Shown here piece after piece: positions 1 to 12,403 of a stretch of 33,169 bases of DNA. The translations under genes were made by a program, and so were the position numbers. Source of the DNA: Bigelowiella natans CCMP2755. Its lineage: Eukaryota > Protista > Cercozoa. The stretch lies in contig ADNK01002676.1 in the NCBI GenBank assembly GCA_000320545.1, positions 1 to 33,169 of the forward strand. Reading direction: 5' to 3'. The notes beneath the pieces were generated by a model. That model was given only the letters and a program-made list of their open reading frames with translations, had not been told where the DNA came from and did no database searches. Positions within the stretch are counted from its first letter, which is position 1, and the number at the start of each line of letters is the position of its first letter.

Positions 1-130
1 CATCACTGAAAGATTAGAAAGTGCACACGGATACAATAAAACTTAACGCTCGGTGTGTCCCTTTACCCCCCCTCCACCCCTCCCCCTCCCCCCTCCCCCT
101 CCCTTGCCTCTCTTCTCACATGCACTGCAG

Positions 131-441
131 GCTGTCTGCTAAGGATGCGATGAGAATTTTAGATGGCGACATCGTATCTTCCAAGCTATCTGTATCAGAA
201 TTATTGTCTTTAGCCAGTAAGAAGACGAGTCCCAGGTCATGGGAATAGTAGAAAGGGGAGGGGAGTCACCGAGGATGGGGGGGGGGGAGATAGCTAGCAG
301 GGATGTGTTGATAGGTGTGTCTGGATTGATTCCTCATTTTTTCGCTGCCTGTTGGCCTCATCTTGCGCGAAATGTAAAAACGCGACGAAGTATTGATGCG
401 TGCTAGTCATGGCTGCTGCTTCTCTGACACGCTTCTTTAAC

Positions 442-476
<35 letters not shown>

Positions 477-2334
477 AACAATAACAACGACAAATACCGA
501 CGGCAGGGCTGGCAAGCAACAAATCGGAAGGGTCTCGTGGCTCAAAGATCATGAGAGCCTGGTGATTAGCATTAAGCCAAAGGGAATCGAAGAGGGTAGA
601 TCGCCGCCTTGACACGATTATAGCCACAGTAACGACGCGCACAAAAACTCTGTATTCGCATCGTTACTTTACAAGGGTCATGGTGTTGGTTAGTAAGCAA
701 AAAGCTTATCGAGCGACCGTTCTTATGCGGTGGTTTTTTTTTATTTCTAAATGATGTTTTTTAACACAGACGCGTTGTCCATCTCTACGTTCACGGTAGC
801 ATCGATGTTCCTCTAACTGACTACTACTTCTAATTAGCACCACAGCTGCTGATTGGCCGTCTCGATATTGATGCCTAACGCACAGAGTAGACGTGTGTTA
901 TGAAGCACGAATATGTTGGGGGAAACTGACAATCATTCCTGGCTTTCGTGCCGCTGCGAGACTGAACCTAACTCTTGTAGCATTTCCTGGCACATACACT
1001 TGATCTAATCGCTGCTGCGCTGTACTCGTTCACTCTCCAACAGATTGCCTGGAATGCCTTTGTATTTATATGGACCCGACTTGCCCTTATCGGTAGTGCA
1101 TAAGAGCAATAATTTCATCTTGCATGTTGGAGGAATAGTAGCCATCGTTCGGCTCCACCTCTCCCCCCCCCTTTCCCCCATATTTCAGCACAGAAATCTG
1201 AAGAAACTCCGGATTCTCCTTATTCTTTGACACACTTATTTCAATGTCTTCTGCATGATCTCATGCTACTATTTTCGAGCCTTGTCATAGGCCATCAATC
1301 GCCAATTGATTCGTTCTCTATAGGCTAGTTTTTGCACTTGCGTTATGATGATGTGAGTGTGCTGCTGCTTGTGATATGGCGCAGGAGCTGGGCCTATCTT
1401 CGCTGCTTTTTCGCTCCCATTTTGGTAAAGCTTCCTCCTGGTCGATTTGCATGCACCGATTAGGCGGAGTACAACTTGCTCGAAGATGATGCTTGCTCGC
1501 CACGAATTCCTGATAGCTCTTAAAAACCCAGCGACGATTTATGAGCTCCATGCGAATCCATTCATCAAATGAAGTTCCCCCGTCATCCTCTGCCCAACCA
1601 TCATAGTAGCTCGCCGTTGATTTCTCTTCCCCCAACCCCCTCCCCCCCCCTCTCCCGCGCACAGGGCTGCTGGAGCTCGGCTTGGAAAGCAAACATTCGA
1701 GCTGCTGTACCGAGGCCTAGTATCCACGGAATTCGTGCTCGCGGCCGGGAAGTTTCGCATGGTGAAAGAGATTATCCCTCCCAGCTTTATGTCCAAAATC
1801 CGAACCAAGCTGGATGGCAAAATAGCGCAAGGGGGCAAACTGGCAAGGATCTCGCAGAGGTCGGCTTTATCACTACTGAAACCGTATTCACCTCCTGATA
1901 TCTCCCCGCTGCTACTGCTGCTGCTACTGCTGCTCCTGGTGTTCCACAAGCAGGCTGCGGCTCGGGCAACGGCTAACGCCTGTGAAGAATCTGGCACGGA
2001 AGGATGTGGAGGGAAGTATCTCCAACATGAAGCTCGGGGAAGTCATTGAAATCATGGGTCCTCCGCATATTTGTGAGCTAGTTCATTTGTGTAGCTTTGT
2101 GTATTACGTCCGTCGAGGCGATGAGGCCGCTATCTACGGCTCGAGAGACACAGCAGGATTTTATCTTATTCTAATATATGTTACAATAGGCCCTCCCGCG
2201 GATGATCAGAAAATAGAGAAAAACTCCGGAAATGGTGCGACCCCGACTGCTCTAACCATACTCTTGTGAAATTATTACATGTGGTGGGCTGATGCCGCTC
2301 CTGGCCGTGTCTTGCCGTATTATTCAGTAAATGC

Positions 2335-2407
<73 letters not shown>

Positions 2408-2528
2408 ATGTAAAATACATATAATTTGTATTTATGATGGGGGCATCATTCATCAGGCTTACACGCCCTAGAGATCATGGTTCTTGGCGACGATGGCGAG
2501 TTACAATCTATGTAAGGGAGGAGAGGCC

Positions 2529-2578
<50 letters not shown>

Positions 2579-2640
2579 CATAAAGAATGTTTGACACCTT
2601 AAGCCGAATTAGAAATCGAAAAACCGTAGAACTACTGGCT

Positions 2641-2679
<39 letters not shown>

Positions 2680-2905
2680 CATTTATATTTATATACATAA
2701 TGTGTTTTTGTGTGTGTGTGTTTGTGTGCATAACGTGTGCATAACGTGTGCGTGTGCATATACGCTTACACATATTATCACTTCAATTGCGCCATTCTTT
2801 TACAGATACATTGGAGAAGGGCTCTCTATAAGTGAGCTAAGAAAGCTAAGGGAAATTATAGCCGAAGTTGTCACAAGACAAAATGAAGTCGCACATCTTG
2901 AATAG
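131..2905 (+). CDS. 3' part of a multi-exon gene of unknown function (5' end outside the window; exon chain only partly resolved)
   Basis: Protein-like segments bounded by pyrimidine-tract/AG and GT sites: 131-235 (LSAKDAMRILDGDIVSSKLSVSELLSLA...), ~507-595 (AGKQQIGRVSWLKDHESL...), ~1664-1859 (...FELLYRGLVSTEFVLAAGKFRMVKEIIPP...), ~1954-2056, ~2457-2511 (LHALEIMVLGDDGELQS), and a terminal exon ~2806-2905 (YIGEGLSISELRKLREIIAEVVTRQNEVAHLE*). Microsatellite-filled introns lie between them. No family recognised. Confidence 0.55.
440..490. repeat. (ACA)n trinucleotide microsatellite, intronic
   Basis: Directly visible acaacaaca... run. Confidence 0.9.
2339..2402. repeat. Compound (TA)n(TG)n microsatellite, intronic; representative of many similar tracts at 2.5-8.8 kb
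   Basis: Directly visible. Similar (GA)n/(TA)n/(CA)n tracts at ~2540, 2645, 3900-3982, 5040, 5145, 5725, 6000-6070, 6140, 6335, 7210, 7945. Confidence 0.95.
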
Positions 2906-3756
2906 CACTCCGTATGTTCCGAGCATGAATGGAAACCTGAGCTAGAAGTTCGCGGAAATGCCTATACGTTCGACATCGTGCATCGTCACAAGTGTAAAAT
3001 GCAACAAAACGTGAATGCACTGATCATCGGCGGGGGTCTGCTTCCGCAACATCCTGCGAGAGAAGATGTACAAATAGTGTACTGCGCGATTAAATAGTTA
3101 ATTCACACGCTAGTCAGATTTCTGTATATGTTATAATTGTTAGTTTATGTTCTCTAGTAAGTACGTAGTTCTGCTCGACTCTCCACTTGTTTCCGCCTCA
3201 TTTCATGCATGTTGATCGGTTATTGTCATCATTTAACGCAACTAGTACACACACGACTGTCTAATAGCTAGCAAGCTGCGCTACGACAAACGTAACTACG
3301 CAACAATGTGAAGCAGAGGTATTAATAAAGTGTTTGAATATGTTCAATAGTCATCCTATTCTAGCTATTGTAGCTGGACAAAGCAGCGGCAACAGCGCTT
3401 TAGCGCTCGCATCGCAAGTCGCGCATGTTCATGCTAGCATGCTAAATGTCTAACGTAGTAAATAATTTGACCATGCTCATGCTGAGAAGCGACTTATTAC
3501 AGCAAACACATCTAGACATGTACATGGTTACTCTGACATTGTCTCGTCTAAATTCAATTCAGCAGTCTGCAAAAACTTGCTTCCGTCGATGCAGAGCTGA
3601 TATACTCAAACATATATTGAAGATGCCATAAAACTCAAGTATAGCTCGGTAGTCTCTCCGCTACTACTCTTAGATATTTGTAATGTGACGACGAGCATAA
3701 AGGATGTAAGAGGGCAGTTACTCGAGCGACACGCCCAAGATATAAATTAACATATC

Positions 3757-3891
3757 TTACACGACAATAATAATTAAGGTAAGAGCAACAATGCAACTGC
3801 AGAAGGAAACGGCAGAGCTATCTTGTATTATTATTTACGACTTGGAAGGAGTCGGCTTTGGAGGAGCTCCCCAGGTTTGACCGGCTACAGC

Positions 3892-3938
<47 letters not shown>

Positions 3939-3942
3939 TATA

Positions 3943-3985
<43 letters not shown>

Positions 3986-5038
3986 ATATACAATACATAA
4001 ATATACGATATGGACATGCAATCTCTTCTACAAACAGTCGAGAAATCGAGATATCAATTATGGGACAACGAACGAAACAAAAGGAATGATGACAATGCTC
4101 TAACACCGAAGCAAAAACCACATGTGAAAAATTGAAAATCGATAAAATTTGCCATGTTTCCACGCGGCAATGTCATCATCGCCATGGGCTATCTCCCCCC
4201 TCCTCCCCCCCTCCCAACAATTGTTTTTTGTATTTTATGAAGAGGCAATGACCGGAGTGGGAGGATTTGGTGGCTGATGACTTCGATTTTGTGCGTTGAG
4301 GCGGTGGAGGCCCCTTGGTTGAGGCGACTTCTTTGCCACCGCGTGGCCTGAACTTCAAGCGACGCCCTCCTCCTTGTAAGGCATTCCTGCTGCTGCTGCT
4401 GCTGCTGCATTATCGAGGAGGATAAGGGGGAGGAGGAGGAGAGATGAAATACAAAGACGATGTGAGTTTATGAATGCAGCCGTGCAGGATTGTTAGGAGC
4501 GACAAAGCAGTGTGATAGATATTGCTTATTGTCAGTCTTTGGAGGAACGGAACGCCTACAAATCAACAGCGAACACGAATCGATGGACCTCCGCCCGAAA
4601 TCAAACCTCCCCACCACCCGCCTCCCCAGAAAACAACGGCAACAACAACAACATCGCATCGCAGTCGACAGACTCAAATTTATTCGCTATTCTACACAGG
4701 GTTTATCGTAATATTCACGTGAGTTTCTTGGCATGATGACTCCGATAAGGGGCTCGATCAACGTAAAAACACACAGAAATTAACACAAATGTAACACCTA
4801 GTAGAGGAGCGGGAAGCATTTGGGGGGCGGGGGGCTCTTTCGGAGCGCGAGCCAATCTGCGCTTGCAGCCATCCAGCACGGCTACGACTCTGATGAGGGA
4901 TAATGACACCGTGGCAAGAATAGAAATCAACAGATGATTCTATACTCTCTATGCGTGTGAAATGATGACATCGCACAAGGTAAATAGAGGACAAAACGCA
5001 ATTGAGTAGACCTCGGTTGGAGAAAAACGCTAATCCAC

Positions 5039-5072
<34 letters not shown>

Positions 5073-5138
5073 ACACACAGACAACCCTCCCCCCCGCTCT
5101 TGAAGCAACATGCGTTATTATTAAATAGGAACATAACA

Positions 5139-5180
<42 letters not shown>

Positions 5181-5718
5181 GCTACGAGATATACTACCAC
5201 CACCTTTGAGCCAAGAGCGAATGCGGGAGACTTGGTCCCCGGTCCCTTGGTCTTGGCGATACTTAGCTGGTGCTGGTTGTGGCTTAACCCAACGGAAGAA
5301 TTCACTAAACACGACCACCACCGCCAGCAGCAGGACAAGAAGAGAATAACACATCTATCAGCTGAGATAATCATCAAACCGGGGTCATACCTTCATAAAC
5401 ACACTTACACACTTACACACATGCGCGCGCGCGCGCGTGCGCACAGACACCGCACCGAGTTTTCGTTGATGAATGCCTCCGGCCATAGAAAATCTTGACC
5501 TCCGTGATTTGACCATGCGCACGCCGCCCCCCCCCGGCTTGCGAGCGACTTGTTGAGCAATTCCATCGTGCATCGTTCCCCCGATATGCTTGGAGGTGTG
5601 CTTTGGCACGGCGAAATGGGAGTCTTGGCCCTTGAACCGCTCGGAGGTGGACAAGTCAAACTTGATCTACATGCAAAAACAAAAGGTAGTAAGTACGGGA
5701 GGGGGGGGTTGATAAGAG

Positions 5719-5759
<41 letters not shown>

Positions 5760-6032
5760 CTCTCACGGCATCAAAGCATGAGAATCAACACCCATTTGGA
5801 CCCAGTACTATGTACTAAAAATTGAAAAGCAACCAAACATCTGCTACTACTACTTCTACCGCATTGGACATCTTGCTCGAGTCAAATGTAGTGCGGTCTT
5901 CGGGGAGGGAGGCAAACTCATCGGCACCGTCAGCTCCGAGCCACGAAGACGTGTTCTTCTTTTGACCCAAAAACCTGTCAAAAATGATCATCTTAAACAC
6001 ACACACACACACACACACACACAAATGACACA

Positions 6033-6075
<43 letters not shown>

Positions 6076-6136
6076 TTATTTATTTATATAGCATATATTA
6101 TTTGAGTGTGTATGTGTTCAGAAAGAGAGAGGGAGG

Positions 6137-6168
<32 letters not shown>

Positions 6169-6330
6169 ATGAGAAAAATATGGAAAAGCTTCCGTCAATA
6201 ACAACATCATCATCATTCTTCTGGTGCACTCACGCAGCAGATGGTGTGGCTGCTTTGACGCCTTTATCCCCCAAAGTCAAATGAGTAAGACCGATGCCCT
6301 CCACTGAACGATGTGATGTTCAAGAATGGT

Positions 6331-6370
<40 letters not shown>

Positions 6371-7205
6371 ACAGAATAAATCAACACTTCATCGGAAAAT
6401 CGACAACAAAACTCCGGTGACAGCTGACATCGTGCACTTGTTGGCATTCATGATTATGATCAAAATATCATCCATCATCTATGTAGTAGCCACAGCCTCC
6501 TCTTTCTTTGTAAACAAAACACAGAGAGCTATACCCTACCACAACACAACAGCTGCTGCTCCTACCACCACCATCACCACCACCACCGCCACTACTACAG
6601 CTACCTGCTTCGTTAGCCGCAGCTTTTTGGAAGATAGAGTGGACATTTGAGAAGCGCCCATGCCGCCTTGCGTGCCCCATTCGAAAACCGCCTATCTTCT
6701 CTACACGCTGCTCCATGTCCTCATGCGCCATTCCAAGGCTCTTAGCGCCTGTAAGCAACAATAGCGTCAGTGTTAATGATGATGATGATGATGTTTGTGA
6801 GGATGATAATGGCGGCAAAGGCAACAACGACGCGCTCCCTACTTCTTCCCATGTGTATGGACAAGTTCCCCTTATGCAACTCTAGTCGCTTGGAAGAAGC
6901 GAGGCCAAAAACAGCGCGTCGTGCAAGATGGATCTCATATAGTTTGTGTACGTGCCAACAGTTCTAACAACATTAACCTTCGCCTGCAGAGGCCTGTACG
7001 TAGGAAGAGTGGCCCTCAAAGCGATCGGTTTCTGTCTATTTAGAGGGGAGTTTTGGCATTGTCGCAACGAATCAAACACTGGTGGCTTCTTCTATGGTCA
7101 GTCAAAAATCATGATGGTATACATTGTTGAACATAGAATTTCAATAGATTATATACAAACCGCTGCCCCAGCTATCGTAAAAATTGGAAAAACACGTTCA
7201 GATAT

Positions 7206-7243
<38 letters not shown>

Positions 7244-7937
7244 CGTCTTGCTCACGATGCTAATGCTATCTTGGCTTCGAAAGACCAATAGCTTCCAAGG
7301 CAATGTTTTCATGATGGTTAGTGTGACGATGTACTTTTTCGCCGTTCTTATTTAAGCAGCAGCAGTAGCAGCAGCAGTAACAAATAATAATAAAAATAAG
7401 ACTAATACTACCATGAACGCAGAGTGACTTTTATCTAACTTCGTCTGGTCAAAGTACGACGGGGCCGTCATCAGGCCTTGCTCGGAGCGCTCCTCGGCGT
7501 CCTGAGAGTATGGTGCGGGTGTGCGATGAGAATGATGGGGGGATAATGATGAATAGCGTGAATAGCGAGATCGGCAGCTATATCACGTAAGAGCAGCAAC
7601 GAGGAAGCGAGTGTTGGTAAGGCCCACAAGCACATTGAACAGATAATATTTAGGAAAAATAGACTAGATATGCCGGTCATTCTCCCGACCTTATTCTTCA
7701 TCCATGCGGTGCGAGTGGGGGCTCTGTGGTGAGAAGGCGCTTTGAATGCGGCGCTTGGCTCCGAAACCGCGTTCGCAAAAATCGCGTGTATGCTCGTCCT
7801 CCTGTGTGCTAGGCCGATACCCTTTCCTTGCCCTGCCCCGTTCTTGTAAATTGAACTGCATAGGAGGAGGATAAGGATGAGGATGAGAACGACATTGCCA
7901 AATAGAATAGGTGACTGCGCGAGAAGGCGACGATGTC

Positions 7938-7986
<49 letters not shown>

Positions 7987-8081
7987 TATATAATGTTTTT
8001 TCCCGGACAAAACTTAACATGTATATGCACCCACTACCCGGCATTAGAGAAGCGGCGATGGCGTTCCCCTTTCGGAGACAT
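3757..8081 (-). CDS. Multi-exon protein with ~2.5 copies of a ~140-aa repeat (RFS..SI...GIGLxH...PSAAF...W), possibly a ciliary/microtubule-associated repeat protein; 3' end uncertain
   Basis: Phase-compatible GT-AG exons assembled by hand: 8081-8038, 7855-7690, 7501-7412, 7035-6978, 6748-6605, 6303-6234, 5974-5860, 5666-5456, 5304-5204, 4889-4798, 4386-4253, then less certain exons to ~3757. The translation begins MSPKGERHRRFSNAGSIYKNGAGQGKGIGLAH. The repeat continues across splice junctions, which supports the model. Confidence 0.7.
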
Positions 8082-8499
8082 AGAGACGCAACCAACCTAT
8101 ATCCACAGCAGTGCCAACCATGATGAGAAACAATACCGTGCGAACGAATAAAACCGAGATGATCAGAGAGACTTGCAAAGGTAGAGTCGGGAAAAAGTCA
8201 GTTCACTCACAGCACGGAAGGGAAAGAACCGATCGCGAACAAAACTTCCACGGCACCGAATCGAAAACCCCCACGATTATTTTCCATTGGAACGAGGTGC
8301 AATGTGCGACTTCCCAATGATGTGATAAAATAACGTAGCATTCAACCAACTTTCCGGGTAACGAACTCTATTCTGTTTTCACCCGTCGTTTTCTGTCTCA
8401 CCGCAACCAATCGGGTCTGTGACGTCTATGTCTATAGCGCCGACCGTTGAAAGCTCTTCCGTCTTGTCAGTATGCGCCAGAATATGGTGCCCGGTCCCG

Positions 8500-8645
8500 A
8501 AATGTGGCTTGATGTACGACTTCTGGAACCGATCCTCTGTGCTTCGAAAGTTCGTATTTCGGCTCTAAGCATGACAAGATGATCAAGGCAGCCAGCCACG
8601 TTCTTTACGAAATTTTATCTCCAATCCAATGCAAATTTGTATCTC

Positions 8646-8707
<62 letters not shown>

Positions 8708-8717
8708 CTGGCGAGAA

Positions 8718-8755
<38 letters not shown>

Positions 8756-10920
8756 AATTGAACATCAGCAGGCCTACCGGCATGGATTTGAAGTCACTTC
8801 TTGTGTCCCCAACTCGCTGGGGGGTGACATTTTTATTGCTCACATCAACCCATTCACCCTGATGAGACAATATTGATAATTTACACCCTCATCAATTGTA
8901 GATCTTGTATGTGACGTCTAATATCTTCCATCAGCATCTCCCGAAAATTCTAATGGTACTAATTAAATGAAAAAACTATGGTTTCTATCCCGAGAGAGGA
9001 ATTAGCCTTGTTTGCGGTCAAATACAGATTTACGAATACCATATAGGTATCGCGTTCTCTATCACTACTTCACCACGTATATATTTTCAGCTTAGTATGT
9101 CTCGTTTTACTCGATTGACTGTCGATGGCTTAAAGGAAGCAGATTCTCCAGGATTTGATTCCATTGCTTCCTCTGCAAATCCCTTTGGCACGTATGATCC
9201 TCCATCGCCTTCTCTCCGTGCAGCTTTGAAGTAAGACCCAACACCCTACGATATCACCAACTTCTGGTTAAACTCTATCAAACGAGGGAAAACTACGAGA
9301 GTGCGACGTCCTATAAAACCACGAGTTAATAGTGAAATAACTACACTGAATCGTGAGCTCCTCGACTTTTTGGCCATGATTTCTTTTGCGGGAACTTGAT
9401 TTTGGAAAATCTCGTGTTGGAAGTCTGAATTCTCGTTCAGAATATCATCGTCTATTTCTTCCCCTTCAAGTGGCCTTTCTACTTCATCATCCTCATGCTG
9501 ATGACCCTAATATCATAGCAAACAGCATACATTTATTACTGACAGAGGTTCGATTTGGAGAGAAAATGCAACAGTTGTTGGTTTAATGAAAATGTACAAG
9601 CCATCTGCTAAGATATTGTACATTAATCTGTATTTGTGTTCGCGTGGATTAAAGTCTTCATACGAGAGTGGGGCTACAGTGTTTGTTTATAGGTAGTCCA
9701 CCTGGAGAAGGAGAGAAAAGTTGGATTCTCCCGTTGAAGGCTCTGGAGACACCCAATTATCCCTTTTTTTAATGGTAACTTCCTCGTGGGGGGAAGAAAC
9801 AGAAAACGATAATTTATTCTTCTTTTTTATCGTTGCTTGGTCGTCATGTGGGTTGCCTTTGACAGCGTTTGACCGGTTGTCGAAGGGAATGGCCTTCAAC
9901 ACCGAAGGTGAACGCTTCTTCAATGTCGCTTGCTCTGTGGGGTTCGAATGATCCATTTTGACAGTTGTTAAAACGATTTCCTCTTACTAGTAGGGTGGAG
10001 TAGAAGTCCCCCCTCGATCGAGATACGATGAGCTCTTCTTGTTCTTCCAGAGGGAAGGAGCTTTGTTGAGTGAGTTACTTCTTCCAAATGAACCCAGGGC
10101 TCGAAATTCAACAAATGCATGGGGAATCCACGTACATGAAGCAAATTCCTTTGTCGTAAATTATAGAAGGCTTGATGCCGCAACGGCTAGATCTTTCGAA
10201 ATCTGGATTATGGAGATCTCGAGAGACTTTTGAGGAGCTGTCATGTGCTCTTATTTCGAAAAGTAAGGAGTGCAGGAGATTTAAGAAATTCAAAAGGAAT
10301 ATTTCTGCTTTTCTGCTGCAGAATTGTGTAATTTGTCATTATGAGATATATGAGGTGAGTATCTTGTACGTCTTGAATTCCATGGAATTCTTATCATAAA
10401 AGCATTACTTTTTGCTTCAAATTGTAAAAACATGTAATTTTATACTTAATTAGTGTCTTATCACCAAAGTCCGGCAGCAAATAAATGAGGGTTTTTCCAA
10501 AAATGCTTCGAATGGAACGTTTTATTCGTAATATTGTTTGGGTTTTTGAAACCAACCACGGGCCATAGAAAAGGAATAATTTTTTGCTCAAACTTCCACT
10601 GGTTTTCTTTGCTGTAGTTGTGATTCCGAGTTGTCGTTAACTCTCAAAGGTATGATTGGGAAGACGAAAAGTCTGGCGACTTTCCTCGTTTAAGTGAAGA
10701 CAATGAGGGCAGGCTCACACTACGCTGGATCCTATCCATACAATATCTACAGCGACATGATATATTTCATGTCGTTCGTAAAAAAGAAGGTAATATTATA
10801 TCGAGACTGAGCATGTTGTGCTGACAACAGGAGATTCTCTTTCATTATTCTTCGCCCTCCTTTGAAGAGGAGATTAAAGAACATTCCCCCCCCAGATTCT
10901 TTCCTTCAACGAAGTTTTAA
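8500..10920 (+). CDS. Probable multi-exon gene of unknown function; strand and exon chain not resolved
   Basis: Canonical + strand splice sites (cag|aattgtg...gag|gtgagt ~10323-10355; ctgtag|...aag|gtatga ~10618-10649; tctcgttcag at ~9440). Protein-like segments include EYHRLFLPLQVAFLLHHPHADDPNIIANSIHLLLTE and ILQDLIPLLPLQIPLAR. There is a competing minus-strand signal at 9687-9956. Confidence 0.35.
8642..8752. repeat. Compound (CT)n(GT)n...(GA)n microsatellite; the (CT)n and (GA)n arms are mutually complementary
   Basis: Directly visible. Confidence 0.9.
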
Positions 10921-10974
10921 GTAGTGCTGCTACTGTAGAATTGAGGAAAGGGGAAATTTTCTGATTTGAAAATA

Positions 10975-11865
10975 ATGAACAAGTACCAGACACTGGAAAA
11001 AATAGGGCAAGGGACATATGGGGTCGTGTACAAGGCAAAAGATAAAAAGACCGCCGAACTTTTGGCACTTAAAAAGATTCGCCTTGATGCCGAAGATGAA
11101 GGAATCCCCTCGACGGCAATTCGCGAAATTTCGCTCCTGAAGCAGCTTCAACACGAAAACATTGTGCGATTATACGATGTCGTTCACACCGAAAGGAAAC
11201 TTACCCTCGTGTTCGAATACCTGGATCAGGATCTAAAGAAGTATTTGGATGCATGTGGAGAGAAAGGCATTGAGCCATTTACTGTCAAGTCTTTCCTCTT
11301 TCAACTTTTGCGTGGTGTTGCGTACTGCCATGACCATCGCGTCCTTCATCGCGATCTTAAACCACAAAACTTACTCATCAACATGGAGGGTGAGCTGAAG
11401 CTGGCTGATTTTGGTCTTGCACGAGCTTTCGGTATTCCTGTTCGGTCGTACACCCATGAAGTTGTCACACTCTGGTATCGAGCACCAGACGTGCTACTGG
11501 GATCCAAGAACTATTCAACACCTATCGATATCTGGAGTGTTGGGTGCATTTTTGCAGAGATGGTAAACGGAAAGCCCTTATTTCCCGGGCAAGCGAATAA
11601 TGATCAACTTTGGAGAATTTTCAAAATTTTAGGAAGCCCAAGTCACAAATCTTGGCCTGGGATCAAAGACCTACCCGAGTATAAAAGTAACCTTGGGAAC
11701 TTCAAGCCTGTGCCTTGGAAAGAAATTTGCCCACGCTTGGATAAGCTTGGCCTGGATCTTCTTTCAAAAATGCTTATCTATAATCCATCGCAACGAATTT
11801 CTGCTTCAGATGCGATGAAGCACCCATATTTTGACGACTTACGAAAGATGAAAAAGTTCTCGTAG
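10975..11865 (+). CDS. Cyclin-dependent kinase, PSTAIRE type (cdc2/CDK2/CDK5-like), intronless, 296 aa
   Basis: GQGTYG P-loop with T14/Y15, ALKK, PSTAIRE helix, [11 protein letters not shown], activation loop [31 protein letters not shown] at 10975 (the ORF track starts at an upstream TTG), with an in-frame TGA at 10942. [22 protein letters not shown] and RAPDVL lean towards the CDK5/PK5-like group. Confidence 0.97.
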   Translation: MNKYQTLEKIGQGTYGVVYKAKDKKTAELLALKKIRLDAEDEGIPSTAIREISLLKQLQHENIVRLYDVVHTERKLTLVFEYLDQDLKKYLDACGEKGIEPFTVKSFLFQLLRGVAYCHDHRVLHRDLKPQNLLINMEGELKLADFGLARAFGIPVRSYTHEVVTLWYRAPDVLLGSKNYSTPIDIWSVGCIFAEMVNGKPLFPGQANNDQLWRIFKILGSPSHKSWPGIKDLPEYKSNLGNFKPVPWKEICPRLDKLGLDLLSKMLIYNPSQRISASDAMKHPYFDDLRKMKKFS

Positions 11866-12383
11866 TTCTTGTTCGTGTGATTTACACAAATATGAGCTTT
11901 ATTTAGATAGTTTATTAGTCATTTGGCCAGCTTGTATATTCCGTTCCGTTTTGCCAACAGGCGATATATAGTGCGATATCCAAATGGATGTTATTAGTAC
12001 TCATTTATTTGTCATCACGATTTATGCTACTTTTTCGACCCACAGTGTCCACTTTATGCATATTTCGCCTGGATGTTATAAATGCGTGTAAATATTTAAA
12101 TGCGCGCGTGCATCTGCTCGCAAGAACTTACTTCTAGCATTCTTTATATGTACATCGGACAGTATTATTATTAGATGAAACCTTACCTCCACATTGTCAA
12201 CATTGCAAATAAAGTTGCACGGTTATCTAGCTTCTATACCAAGACATGTACGTGCGATGCACATGTACAATACACTATGCTATTGTGTATGCATGTGCCC
12301 GCCGCCCTGTACAGTCAGCGACACCCCCACCAACAGTTGAAACTGATGTCGCACTTTGCTAGCAAATGGCTAGATGGCAGCCT

Positions 12384-12403
12384 CTAGCTAGCTAGCTAGC
12401 TAG
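12384..12403. repeat. (CTAG)5 tetranucleotide tract with further CTAGs nearby
   Basis: ctagctagctagctagctag directly visible; extra CTAG at 12359, 12370, 12406, 12413. Confidence 0.9.

Noticed and set aside
6390-6535. Minus-strand frame with in-frame TGA (possible selenocysteine or readthrough)
   Set aside because: Exons 6748-6605 and 6303-6234 join in phase and preserve the repeat, so this segment is intronic. No selenoprotein motif is present.
8038-8287. Bipartite plastid-targeting leader MENNRGGFRFGAVEVLFAIG...LVASLCLRKG for the minus-strand gene
   Set aside because: The alternative frame from ATG 8081 (MSPKGERHRRFSNAG) aligns with the protein's internal repeat, so it is preferred. The upstream ATG may be a uORF.
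294-8870. ORFs with poly-YI, HT, RE, CV, poly-T/V runs
   Set aside because: Translations of intronic microsatellites
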